Source: an uncultured Holophaga sp.
GTDB lineage: Bacteria; Acidobacteriota; Holophagae; Holophagales; Holophagaceae
NCBI GenBank assembly: GCA_963664825.1
Contig: OY761614.1
Coordinates: 1,728,001 to 1,792,000, forward strand
Direction: 5' to 3'
DNA: 64,000 bases
The translations under genes and the position numbers were made by a program. Positions 50,840-60,012 of the stretch are shown here, piece by piece (the first letter of the stretch is position 1; every line of letters begins with the position of its first letter). Under the pieces are notes generated by a model. That model searched no databases and was not told where the DNA came from. It worked only from the letters and a program-made list of their open reading frames with translations.

Positions 50840-52011
50840 TTCCGGGACCCGTCCCCATCACAGGTCTGGGCTGCATCTGCGCGCTGGGCGGGACTCTGGA
50901 TGCATGTATGGAGGGCCTGTTCTCGGGAAGCCGCGACCCCAGGCCCCCCTCCCGCTTCACCACCACCCATCCCATCGCATACCCCGTGTTCGAGGTGCTG
51001 GCCTTCAAGGACGTACCTGGCATGCTCCGCACCAGCGCCCTGGGCCTGCGCGCGGCCCGGGAGGCTCTGGAGGATGCGGGGCTGGAGCAGGGAGTGCTGG
51101 ACGGCCTCCGCGTCGGAGTCTGCATGGGGACCACCGTGGGTAGTGCCCTCAACGATGAGGCCTTCTGCCGGGCTCACCGGGCGGGGGAAGATCCCGACAT
51201 GGCTCCCATGGCGCGGATCCTGAACAGCAATCCGGCCGCCGTCATTGCCCGGGCCTTCGGATTCCGGGGACCCTGCCAGACGGTGGTGAACGCCTGTTCC
51301 TCTGGCACCGACGCCATCGGCCTGGGGGCTTCCTGGATCCAGGCAGGCCTCTGTGATCTGGTCCTGGCCGGGGGAGCCGACGAATTGGGCCGGGTCACCT
51401 ACAACGGTTTCATCGCCCTCAAGATCACGGATCCCGCGCCCTGCAAGCCCTTTGATCTGAACCGGAAGGGGCTGAATCTGGGAGAAGGGGCCGCCGTGCT
51501 TGTCCTGGAATCCCAGCGGAGCCGCTCCATCCGGGGAGGGCGGGCCCGTTCTTTTGTCGTGGGCTACGGTTCGGCCTGCGATGCCTATCATCAGACCGCT
51601 CCCAGGCCCGATGGCGCGGGGCTCAAGCGGGCCATCGCCGAGGCCCTCGGAAGCACGCCCGCCTCGGCCTTGGCTTTCGTCAACGCCCACGGCACCGGCA
51701 CGCCCGATAACGACCGGGTGGAGAGCCATGTGCTGGCTGAGGTCCTGCCCGGCGTGCCCTTCCTCTCCACCAAGGGCTATACGGGCCACACCCTGGGGGC
51801 CGCGGGTGCCATCGAGGCGGCCTTCACGGTGGCCTGCCTGGAACAGGGGCGGATCCCGGCCAATGTGGGTTTCGAGACGCCCGATCTGGGGCAGGGGGCC
51901 GGTCCCGTTGGGTGCATCACGGTCACGGAAGGGCAAACCGCCCTTTCTGAATCCTTGGCCTTCGGGGGCAATAACGCGGTGGTGGCCCTGGGAATGGGGG
52001 AGGGCTCATGA
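50836..52011 (+). CDS. Beta-ketoacyl-ACP synthase (FabF/B-like, catalytic residues intact)
   Basis: NACSSG, NAHGTGT..ND, KGYTGHTLGAAG, AFGGNN. Confidence 0.93.
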   Translation: MIPGPVPITGLGCICALGGTLDACMEGLFSGSRDPRPPSRFTTTHPIAYPVFEVLAFKDVPGMLRTSALGLRAAREALEDAGLEQGVLDGLRVGVCMGTTVGSALNDEAFCRAHRAGEDPDMAPMARILNSNPAAVIARAFGFRGPCQTVVNACSSGTDAIGLGASWIQAGLCDLVLAGGADELGRVTYNGFIALKITDPAPCKPFDLNRKGLNLGEGAAVLVLESQRSRSIRGGRARSFVVGYGSACDAYHQTAPRPDGAGLKRAIAEALGSTPASALAFVNAHGTGTPDNDRVESHVLAEVLPGVPFLSTKGYTGHTLGAAGAIEAAFTVACLEQGRIPANVGFETPDLGQGAGPVGCITVTEGQTALSESLAFGGNNAVVALGMGEGS

Positions 52012-53096
52012 CGCGCATCACGGTGCAGGGCATCGGCGTGCTGGGGGCCTTCGGCGCAGGCGTCGGAGCGTTTAAGGAGGCTCTGGTCGCAGGCCAAAGC
52101 CCTCGATCCCCCTTCACCGTGCCCACGGGGGTGGGGCCCGTGGAATTGGAAGCCTTCAAGGCTGATACCTGCCCTCTGGAAAAACTCGTCTCGGCCCGAG
52201 TGCTGCGCCGGATGGACCACTTCACCAAGATGGGGCTGCTGGGGGCTCATCTGGCCCTGGCGGATGCGGGGCTGGAGGCGGCTGGCCAGGAGGGCCTGGG
52301 CGTCATCATCGCCAGCGGCTACGGCGCCACCACTACCACCTACGCGCTCCTGGATTCCCTCATCCACGATGGCGACGCCTGCACCTCCCCCACCCACTTC
52401 GCCAATTCGCTGCACAACGCCTGCGCGGCCAATATGGCCATCGTCCTGGGCACCACCGGGCCGAACCTCACGGTCAGCCAGTTCGATCTGAGCGTGCCTT
52501 CGGCCCTCCTCACGGCTCGCCAATGGCTCCTGGAGGGGCGGGTGGAACGGGTGCTCTTCGGGGCCCTGGATGAACTCTCCGATCTCATCGGCTACACCTG
52601 GTACCGCCAGCGGGGGAGAACTCGCCTGGAGCCCATGTGCCCCTTGAGCACCTCGAAAGAAACCGCGATCCCCGGCGAAGGTGCGGCCTTCCTGGTGCTC
52701 TCCCGGGTGGAGGAGTCCCGCCCCGGGTACTGCACACTCGACGCGGTGGCCACGGGCCGCGGCCTGGGTTTGAAGCCATCCCAGGCGGAATTGCGGCTGC
52801 TCGGCGCCGATGGGCGCCGGGAATTGGGCTCCCGGTACAGATCCGCGGCCCAGGGTTGCCCCATCGCCTGCTACACGCCCCTCTACGGCAGCATGCCTGC
52901 CAGCCCCGCCTTCGATCTGGCCGTGGGGGCCCTCATGCTGAAGGAGGGGATCCAGTTCCCCACACCCGGCGCCCCTGGCTGCGACTTTCCTGGAGAGGTG
53001 GCGATGCCGGGGCTCCTGAAGGCCGAACGGATCGCCTGCCTTACGCTGGCGGAGGAAGAGGGATACGGAGTGGTGGAACTGGGGCGCTGCAAGTGA
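52008..53096 (+). CDS. Ketosynthase-like chain-length factor lacking the catalytic Cys
   Basis: LRRMDHFTK, SPTHFANSLHN; TVSQFDLS in place of TxxxACSS. Confidence 0.82.
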   Translation: MTRITVQGIGVLGAFGAGVGAFKEALVAGQSPRSPFTVPTGVGPVELEAFKADTCPLEKLVSARVLRRMDHFTKMGLLGAHLALADAGLEAAGQEGLGVIIASGYGATTTTYALLDSLIHDGDACTSPTHFANSLHNACAANMAIVLGTTGPNLTVSQFDLSVPSALLTARQWLLEGRVERVLFGALDELSDLIGYTWYRQRGRTRLEPMCPLSTSKETAIPGEGAAFLVLSRVEESRPGYCTLDAVATGRGLGLKPSQAELRLLGADGRRELGSRYRSAAQGCPIACYTPLYGSMPASPAFDLAVGALMLKEGIQFPTPGAPGCDFPGEVAMPGLLKAERIACLTLAEEEGYGVVELGRCK

Positions 53097-53187
53097 CACT
53101 CCCCAGCGCCAATGCGATAGCAAATGGAAATGCTTGATCGGCTGGTTGTCTTTGCGTACCGCTGATGAATCGATGAGGAACCCGAAC

Positions 53188-55179
53188 ATGAAACCCATCC
53201 TGAAGTTCGCTCTGATTCTGGCGCTGGGCGCCTCGACAGTCCTCCAGGCCGGTTCCGCCCTGACCAAGGCTGCGGCCGGGGGTGATCTCACGGGCATCCA
53301 CAGCGCGCTCAAGGCGGGCGAAGGTATCAATGAAATCGATTCCAATGGTTGGACGGCCCTCATGTGGGCGGTCTACTACCGGCAGACCCCGGCCGCCGAA
53401 CTCCTGCTGGAGAAGGGCGCCAATCCCGATCTCCAGTCCAACGACTCCCGGAAGTCCTACGCCAAGGGGACGACGGCGTTGATGATCGCCGCCAGCGATT
53501 GCCAGGAGGACCTGGCTGGGGCCCTGGTGCGGAAGAACGCCAGGAAGGATCTCACGGATGCCACTGGCAATACCGCGGAGACCTTCGCCCAGAAGAATGA
53601 ATGTCCTAGTGTACTCCGCGTCTTGGGTAGCAAGGTGGCCGTAAACAGCGAGCTCGATGCGCTCCTGAAGGAAATCGCGTCCGGGAAGAATGTGAACTTC
53701 CTCGGTGAAGGAGGCTGGACGCCCCTCATGCTCGCTGTTTTCCACCAGGATGCGTACGCCACGAAGACTCTGTTGGGCCTGGGCGCCGATCCGAACATCC
53801 AGTCAACCGAATCTTCCTATCTGACCATTGCCAAGAAACCCATCCCAAAAGGCACCACTGCGCTAATGATTGCCGCCCGGCTCGACAAGGGAGAACTCGC
53901 CGTCCAACTGATGCAGAAGGGGGCTAATGCCAAACTTGCCGATGATACCGGGAGCACGGCGGAAGCCTATGCCTTCAGTTGCGATTCGTGGAGCGTCCAG
54001 GATGTCTTCCTGGATCGGTCTAGGCTGAAGAAATCCTATACCCAGTTGGTTGTCGCAGAATTTTATGTGGGTAGGAAGGCCTCTGGTTACCAAGCTAGTC
54101 AGTGCCAGGAGAAGGTCTTGGGGACCCTCTTAGAGATGAAGGGATTCGACAAGGTCGAGGCGGTAGTGGAGGGGAAAAAATACGATGCATCTGCGCTGCT
54201 GCTCAACGTCGAGATCACGAAATTGGAATTTCCGGTCCTTTTCGGCTCACCCAATGCGAAATTCACGGTGCGTCTGGTGGACGCAGCCACGGGGAGCTTG
54301 GAGCGCGAACAGCAGTTCAGTCTCACTAGTCACGGAGGCGGTGCCAAGGAACAACCGTTTCTCAACGGGGTGGGGTCGATCATCGCGGAATTTGCGCTCA
54401 TGACTGCGGGCAAGGCTCAGCCATGCGAAGAAATGCCAGGCAACGAAAAGTCATTGCCCTCATCCTTTGGATTTGGTGGTGGGCCGGTCTTTGTGCAGAT
54501 AGAAAATCGACCGTCCACATATTGGCAGATTATTGAACAAATGCCGACCTATCCGACATTCCGTGAAGAGAGTTTCAGGTTCGCGGCGCTTCGAACCCAA
54601 CGTATCGCCGTCTGGCCTCTCTCCTTTGTGGGCTTGGATTCGGCTATGACTGGGACCGTCCTGGATGAGTACGGGACGCAAGACAAATTCTTGGCTGCCC
54701 TCTCCCTGAAATTATCGACCCGCTGGCTCAGCTTGGCCGCGGCCGAAAGCCTGGGCACAGATGCGGTACGGGCCTCCCTGGGCGAGGGCGAATCCAAGGT
54801 CTGGCTGGATTCCAGACGCATCCTGCCCTGGGTCAATTCCCATCTCCTGGCGAAGAACCAGCTCGGCCCCGGCTTCGATGCTCTGGCCAAGCATCCCCGT
54901 CTGCAGGGGATTCGGTATCTTATCCTTCCCCACCATCTGCGTTCGGCTCGCATCGTCGTGCAGACTGGGGGTGCTGGACCCATGATGGCGCCGACCTCCT
55001 CGGCCAGGACAAGATCCAGCCTCGGCGTGGCCATCATCGACCTGTCTCAGGGCCGTGTCGTTTGGAACGGAGCCTTCACCGCTTCCGCCAGCAGCAACTG
55101 GATGGAAGGCAAGGCTCTTCACGAAAATGAGGATGGGCTCCTGGAGGCTCTAGAAAAGGAAGTTCGCGGGGGCAAGTGA
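53188..55179 (+). CDS. Secreted ankyrin-repeat multidomain protein
   Basis: Signal peptide; repeated GWT(A/P)LM and GTTALMIAA ankyrin units; two unrelated C-terminal alpha/beta domains. Confidence 0.8.
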   Translation: MKPILKFALILALGASTVLQAGSALTKAAAGGDLTGIHSALKAGEGINEIDSNGWTALMWAVYYRQTPAAELLLEKGANPDLQSNDSRKSYAKGTTALMIAASDCQEDLAGALVRKNARKDLTDATGNTAETFAQKNECPSVLRVLGSKVAVNSELDALLKEIASGKNVNFLGEGGWTPLMLAVFHQDAYATKTLLGLGADPNIQSTESSYLTIAKKPIPKGTTALMIAARLDKGELAVQLMQKGANAKLADDTGSTAEAYAFSCDSWSVQDVFLDRSRLKKSYTQLVVAEFYVGRKASGYQASQCQEKVLGTLLEMKGFDKVEAVVEGKKYDASALLLNVEITKLEFPVLFGSPNAKFTVRLVDAATGSLEREQQFSLTSHGGGAKEQPFLNGVGSIIAEFALMTAGKAQPCEEMPGNEKSLPSSFGFGGGPVFVQIENRPSTYWQIIEQMPTYPTFREESFRFAALRTQRIAVWPLSFVGLDSAMTGTVLDEYGTQDKFLAALSLKLSTRWLSLAAAESLGTDAVRASLGEGESKVWLDSRRILPWVNSHLLAKNQLGPGFDALAKHPRLQGIRYLILPHHLRSARIVVQTGGAGPMMAPTSSARTRSSLGVAIIDLSQGRVVWNGAFTASASSNWMEGKALHENEDGLLEALEKEVRGGK

Positions 55180-55275
55180 AGCCATCTCTGGGGGCTACCC
55201 CAAAACATCGGGCGAGGTAGAATTCTGCGTGAATCCTGCGCTTCCCCATCTGCCGATTCCAGCCGGAGGTACCCC

Positions 55276-55737
55276 ATGAATCACCTTGCACGCCTTGTCT
55301 TGCTCCCAGTTCTCTGCGGCTCCGTCAGCCTCATGGCCGCGCCGAAGAAGCTCTCCAACGCCGCGCTCAGCGGGGATCTCACCCAGGTCAAGGCCCAGTT
55401 CCAGGCCACTCCCGAGGAGATCAACCAGATCGACAAGTGGGGCTGGACGCCCCTCATGTGGGCGACCCTGAGGCAGTACGTCCCCATCGTGAAATACCTC
55501 CTGGAAAACGGCGCCGATCCCAATCTCGCGGCCCAGAAGGCCGATGTGGTCATCAAGGCTGGTGCCACGCCGCTCATCATCTGCGGCTACTACGGCACGC
55601 CGGAGATCGCCAAGCTGCTCCTGGCCGCCAAGGCCGATCCCTCCAAGGAGGACAACGCCGGGGAGACGGCCCTGAGCTACGCGAAGCGGTACGAGTTCAA
55701 GGAGATGGTGGAACTCCTCTCCAAGGCCGCCAAGTAG
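55276..55737 (+). CDS. Secreted ankyrin-repeat protein
   Basis: Signal peptide; GWTPLMWA, LLENGADPN, GATPLII, GETALSYA. Confidence 0.88.
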   Translation: MNHLARLVLLPVLCGSVSLMAAPKKLSNAALSGDLTQVKAQFQATPEEINQIDKWGWTPLMWATLRQYVPIVKYLLENGADPNLAAQKADVVIKAGATPLIICGYYGTPEIAKLLLAAKADPSKEDNAGETALSYAKRYEFKEMVELLSKAAK

Positions 55738-55880
55738 AACCATTTCGGGGGCAGGGAAGAACGGGATGGACACGGGCTGTCTATCACACGAATGTGATGG
55801 TGCCATCAGTGTTCCAATATCGAGTTCGCCACCTTCTGAAACTGGGAATCCGCTTTTTGGACGCATTGTTTTCCTGCGGA

Positions 55881-57053
55881 TCATCCCTGTGTTTTTGAGG
55901 GGCTGTTTCGCAGTGTCTTGATGAGGCCATAGGTCAGCAGGGCCCCCAGGCCGCCCAGGATGGGGCCGACGATGAACGAGCCCAGGAGCCACTCCCAGAG
56001 CCTCAGGTGGATCTCGTTCACCAGGGCGTGGCGTGTGAAGGTGGTCCACCATCTGCCGTGGAGCAGGAGGTGGCCCACTTCGATGCAGAGGAAGGGCACG
56101 AAGGGGACGACGCAGACGTTGCTGGCCCCGACTCCGGCGAGCTTGTTGAGGTGGAGCCGGTGGCAGACGTAGAGAATTGTGGCGATGCCGAAGGGGATGA
56201 TGGGCAGGGAGCCGATGAAGATCCCCACCCAGGCGGCGGCGGCCAGATCCTTGGGGCTCGTATGCTCCAGGCTCAACTGGCGCAGGAAGCCGATGGGATG
56301 CAGGAGGCTGGAGGGCCTTGGATCTCGGGGCGGTTTGGGAAAGAGGCGGCGATGGGGCCAGGGGAGGAGGGAGCGCGTCACCAGGTAGGTGTGAAGGACG
56401 CTGAGGCGCAGATTGTCCCTGAATTTGCGGAAATGGGAGATCCTCTGGGCCCCGGGGGCGTAATAGACACTGACTGGCGTGGAGATGACCGGTAGCCCAG
56501 CCCAGGCTCCCCGCACCAGCACCTCGATTTCGAAGGTGTAGCGCCGGGAGAGGAAGCCCCCCAGGGTGAGTAGGGCCGTGGGATAGAGGCGGTATCCGCT
56601 CTGGGTATCGGGCAGGGCTTTCCCGCATTCCAGGCGGACCCAGAAATTGGAAAAGGCCATGCCGAAGCGGCTGGAGGAGGGCACGTTCAGGGCCTCCATC
56701 TGCCGCGCCCCCAGGGCGATGGCGGGCCAGAAGGGAAGGGCTGCCTCCAGGAGCCGTCGGGCATCGGCCGGATCGTGCTGGCCATCGGCGTCCAGGGTGA
56801 GGATGGCCTCGAAGCCAAGGTCTGCCGCGATGGCCGCCCCGGCCTGGATGGCCGCTCCCTTGCCCCGGTTTCGGGGAAGCCTGTGGCGGGCGATGGGCAG
56901 GTCGGCCACGGCCTCCAGACTGCCGTCGCTGCTGCCGTCATCGACCACTAGGACCGGATAACCCTCCCGCAGGCAGGCCTCCACCACGCCGCGAAGGGTG
57001 GCAGCGTGGTTGTAGACGGGGATGAGGAGGAGTGTCTTCAGCGGCGCGGGCAT
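55881..57053 (-). CDS. GT2 glycosyltransferase fused to DUF2062-like membrane domain
   Basis: IPVYN, VVDDGSSD, NRGKG, DADGQH, DTQSGYRLY; C-terminal TM region beginning SPKDLA. Confidence 0.88.
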   Translation of the reverse strand: MPAPLKTLLLIPVYNHAATLRGVVEACLREGYPVLVVDDGSSDGSLEAVADLPIARHRLPRNRGKGAAIQAGAAIAADLGFEAILTLDADGQHDPADARRLLEAALPFWPAIALGARQMEALNVPSSSRFGMAFSNFWVRLECGKALPDTQSGYRLYPTALLTLGGFLSRRYTFEIEVLVRGAWAGLPVISTPVSVYYAPGAQRISHFRKFRDNLRLSVLHTYLVTRSLLPWPHRRLFPKPPRDPRPSSLLHPIGFLRQLSLEHTSPKDLAAAAWVGIFIGSLPIIPFGIATILYVCHRLHLNKLAGVGASNVCVVPFVPFLCIEVGHLLLHGRWWTTFTRHALVNEIHLRLWEWLLGSFIVGPILGGLGALLTYGLIKTLRNSPSKTQG

Positions 57054-57058
57054 CAGGG

Positions 57059-58513
57059 TCAGTGTGGATCAGGCCTGCGGGCCACCACTTCCAGCAGCAT
57101 GCCTCCGGAGATCACGCATCTGAGGAGGTGGGGGCGGATGGAGACGGGCTCCAATCCGGCTCCCAGGAGCATGTTCCGCATCTGGCGCCGACTATGGGAC
57201 TTCAGCCAGATCCCCTGGCGCATGGCGTTCCCGATCTGGGTGAAGACCCGGAAGAGGCAGGTCCGGGCCGTGATGAAATAGATCGTGCCGCCGGGGCGGA
57301 CCTGGGGGGCGAGGCGCCGCAGGAAGGCCGGGAGATCGGTGAGGTACTCCAGGGCCGAGAAGGCGCAGACCACGTCGAAGGGGCCCTCCAGATCCATGGT
57401 TTCCACATTGCCGACGCGGCACCGCACATTGGTGATGCCCTCGGCCCTGCATTTCTGGTCCAGGATGGCCAGCATATTGCCGGAGATATCCAGGGCTTCC
57501 ACCTCTTCGCAGTGCTTGGCCAGGGTGGTGGTGAAGATGCCCGTGCCTGCGCCGATCTCCAGGACCCGATGGGCCCCTTGGAAGCATTCGGGCAGCCGCC
57601 TCGTGAAGAGCTCCAGCTCCGTGCGCCTGGAGATGGAGACCTTGGAGCAGAATTGCTCCTGATCGTAGGTGGCCGCCAGCCCATCGTAGAAGAGTGCGGC
57701 CGCATTGGCGCCGGAAGCCGAATCCACGGTCTGCATGACCTCCTTGCCGATGATCTGGGCCAGGGGCTGGACCTGGAGGCCCTTGACCCTCAGCTCCACT
57801 AGGACGGCTTCGACCTGTCCCAGGAGTTCCTCCACCTCGCCCTTCAGGGGGGCCACCTCATGGAGCAGGAGGATGCTGCCGGGGCGCACGTTCCGAAGCA
57901 CACGCTGGGCTAGGTTCCGGATGCGCCTATTGCCCATGTCCCCGGCCCGGCAATCGAAATTGACGCAGAACATGCCGAGCTTCAGGAGCACGGGCCAGAG
58001 GTGGGGGCTGGTGATGCCCACGGGTGGGCGAAAGGCCAGGGGGACCACGCCGAACTGGCGGAAGAGGGCCTGGCCCGATTCCACTTCCCGCAGGAGGGTG
58101 CGCTTCCCCTTCAGCATCAGGAAGGGGGAATGGTGGTACGAGTGGTTGCCGAGGGTGTGACCCCCCTGGAGGATGGCTTCGATGAGTTCGGGGTGCCGTT
58201 GCGCATTCACGCCCGTGACAAAGAAGGTGGCCTTCACCGAATAGCGGGCCAGGAGCTCCAGGAGCCGGAGGGTCACAGCCGGGTCGGGGCCATCGTCGAA
58301 GGTGAGGGCCACGGATTTTTCATTCTTCCGGCCCCGGCTGATCACGGGCAGGTAGTAGCTGCACCGGGGGAATACCGGGGCGATGGCGCAGATGAGGACG
58401 AAGAGAAGGAGGGGCAAGGGCGCCAGGGCCGGGATAAAAATCAGGAAAAGCGCGTAAAGCTGAAAGGCGCTCAGCGCGAAGAAATGGGCTGGCGACAGGG
58501 GGCAAATCATCAA
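57059..58513 (-). CDS. Polysaccharide deacetylase (NodB) fused to class I SAM methyltransferase
   Basis: N-terminal TM; TFDDGP, HSYHH, FRPPVG, ILLLHE; then VLEIGAGTG, LDISGNML. Confidence 0.87.
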   Translation of the reverse strand: MMICPLSPAHFFALSAFQLYALFLIFIPALAPLPLLLFVLICAIAPVFPRCSYYLPVISRGRKNEKSVALTFDDGPDPAVTLRLLELLARYSVKATFFVTGVNAQRHPELIEAILQGGHTLGNHSYHHSPFLMLKGKRTLLREVESGQALFRQFGVVPLAFRPPVGITSPHLWPVLLKLGMFCVNFDCRAGDMGNRRIRNLAQRVLRNVRPGSILLLHEVAPLKGEVEELLGQVEAVLVELRVKGLQVQPLAQIIGKEVMQTVDSASGANAAALFYDGLAATYDQEQFCSKVSISRRTELELFTRRLPECFQGAHRVLEIGAGTGIFTTTLAKHCEEVEALDISGNMLAILDQKCRAEGITNVRCRVGNVETMDLEGPFDVVCAFSALEYLTDLPAFLRRLAPQVRPGGTIYFITARTCLFRVFTQIGNAMRQGIWLKSHSRRQMRNMLLGAGLEPVSIRPHLLRCVISGGMLLEVVARRPDPH

Positions 58514-58683
58514 GCTTTCCTTTTAGGAGGGGGGAGACGCATCGGATTTGTCCCGTAGGATGTGAATTACCCGCAGGTCCCGGGGAATTGATGCCATGAA
58601 CTTGACGAAATGTCAATGCGGGCGCCCTTCGGCAGGGGATGGGAGCTGGGAGGGGCTTCCAGGTATGATCCTTGGGGGTAGGC

Positions 58684-59463
58684 ATGTCTATTGGCGACAG
58701 GATCAGGCTGGCTGGGAAGATCCTGGTGAGCGGAGTCCTGTTCTCGATCCTGGGCATCGGGGGCATGCTCCTCTCGGTGCTCATCATCCCCTTCCTGAAG
58801 CTGGCTCCGGGCGGTCTGGGGGCCCGGCACCGCCGTGGGCGGTGGATGATGCATGTCTGCTTCAAGGCCTTCGTCTGGGCCCTGGAGGGGAGCGGCATCC
58901 TGCGCCTCGAAGTGGAAGGCCTTTCCCAGGATCTTGCCGGCAAGCTGCTCCTGCCCAACCATCCCGGATACCTCGATATCGTCCTGATCCTCTCGGTGCT
59001 GGGAGAGGCGGCCTGCGTGGTCAAGGGGCCCGTCTATGACAGCCCCTTCTTCGGCCTCCTGGTCCGGGAGGCGGGCCATGTGCCCAACCGCGACCCCGAG
59101 GGGGTCATCGAAGCCGGGGCGGAGGCCCTGAGCCAGGGCAATAGCCTCATTGTATTCCCCGAAGGGACCCGCACCCGCCCGGGCAGTCCCCTCAAGTTCC
59201 AGCGGGGCGCGGCCCATATCGCCCTGCGCAGCCATGCGCCCATCGTTCCCTTGATCGTGACCTGCAATCCCAGGCTGCTGGAGAAGGGGGCGAAATGGTA
59301 TGATATGCCGCTGCGGACTTGCCGATACCGCGTGTGTATCCAGGCCCCGCTGGCTCTTGATCTACCGGGGATCGACGATCTCCCCCCGCATCAGGCGGCT
59401 CGTCTCTTGACCCGGGAACTGGAGCGCTACTTCCACAAGGAAATCCATGAGTCTGGCCGTTGA
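58684..59463 (+). CDS. PlsC-like acyltransferase
   Basis: NHPGYLD, VFPEGTR, FQRGAA. Confidence 0.9.
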   Translation: MSIGDRIRLAGKILVSGVLFSILGIGGMLLSVLIIPFLKLAPGGLGARHRRGRWMMHVCFKAFVWALEGSGILRLEVEGLSQDLAGKLLLPNHPGYLDIVLILSVLGEAACVVKGPVYDSPFFGLLVREAGHVPNRDPEGVIEAGAEALSQGNSLIVFPEGTRTRPGSPLKFQRGAAHIALRSHAPIVPLIVTCNPRLLEKGAKWYDMPLRTCRYRVCIQAPLALDLPGIDDLPPHQAARLLTRELERYFHKEIHESGR

Positions 59464-59749
59464 TCCCCATGAGATGAAGCAGTTCATCATTGATGTCTTA
59501 GCCTTGGAGGATATGCGTCCCGAGGATATCGGCGATGACGAGCCCCTTTTTCGGGAGGGTCTGGGCCTGGATTCCATCGATGGCCTGGAACTGAGCGTGG
59601 CCCTGAGGAAGCGATTCCACATCGAGTTCACGGATGAGAAACCTGGCACCTGGAACCACCTGGCCACGGTCCGTTCCCTGGTGGCCTTCCTCTCGAGCCA
59701 AGGCTCAACCTCCCCTGCTGTCCCCACGGAGATTCCTTCATGCTCATGA
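59447..59749 (+). CDS. Acyl carrier protein
   Basis: GLGLDSIDGLEL. Confidence 0.9.
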   Translation: MSLAVDPHEMKQFIIDVLALEDMRPEDIGDDEPLFREGLGLDSIDGLELSVALRKRFHIEFTDEKPGTWNHLATVRSLVAFLSSQGSTSPAVPTEIPSCS

Positions 59750-59994
59750 CTCAAGACGAAATTTTCATCAAACTTCAAGAGGTGCTCGTCGCATCCTTCC
59801 AGTTGGATCCCGCCCAGATCACCCGGGAAGCCAATCTCTTCACGGATCTGGATCTCGATAGCATCGATGCCGTGGAACTGGCGATTCAGCTTCAGGACAT
59901 CACGGGCCGCAGGGTCAAGGCCGAGGAGTTCAAGGGGGTCCGCACCGTTCAGGATGTGGTGGACGCCGTCCACTTGATGCTGCAGGAGCATTGA
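59740..59994 (+). CDS. Acyl carrier protein
   Basis: DLDLDSIDAVEL. Confidence 0.92.
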   Translation: MLMTQDEIFIKLQEVLVASFQLDPAQITREANLFTDLDLDSIDAVELAIQLQDITGRRVKAEEFKGVRTVQDVVDAVHLMLQEH

Positions 59995-60012
59995 GGCCTC
60001 AAGGGACTGAAC

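Noticed and set aside
55783..55798. ATCACA-cgaa-TGTGAT palindrome as a CRP site
   Set aside because: Half-site order and spacing are wrong, and it lies between convergent genes
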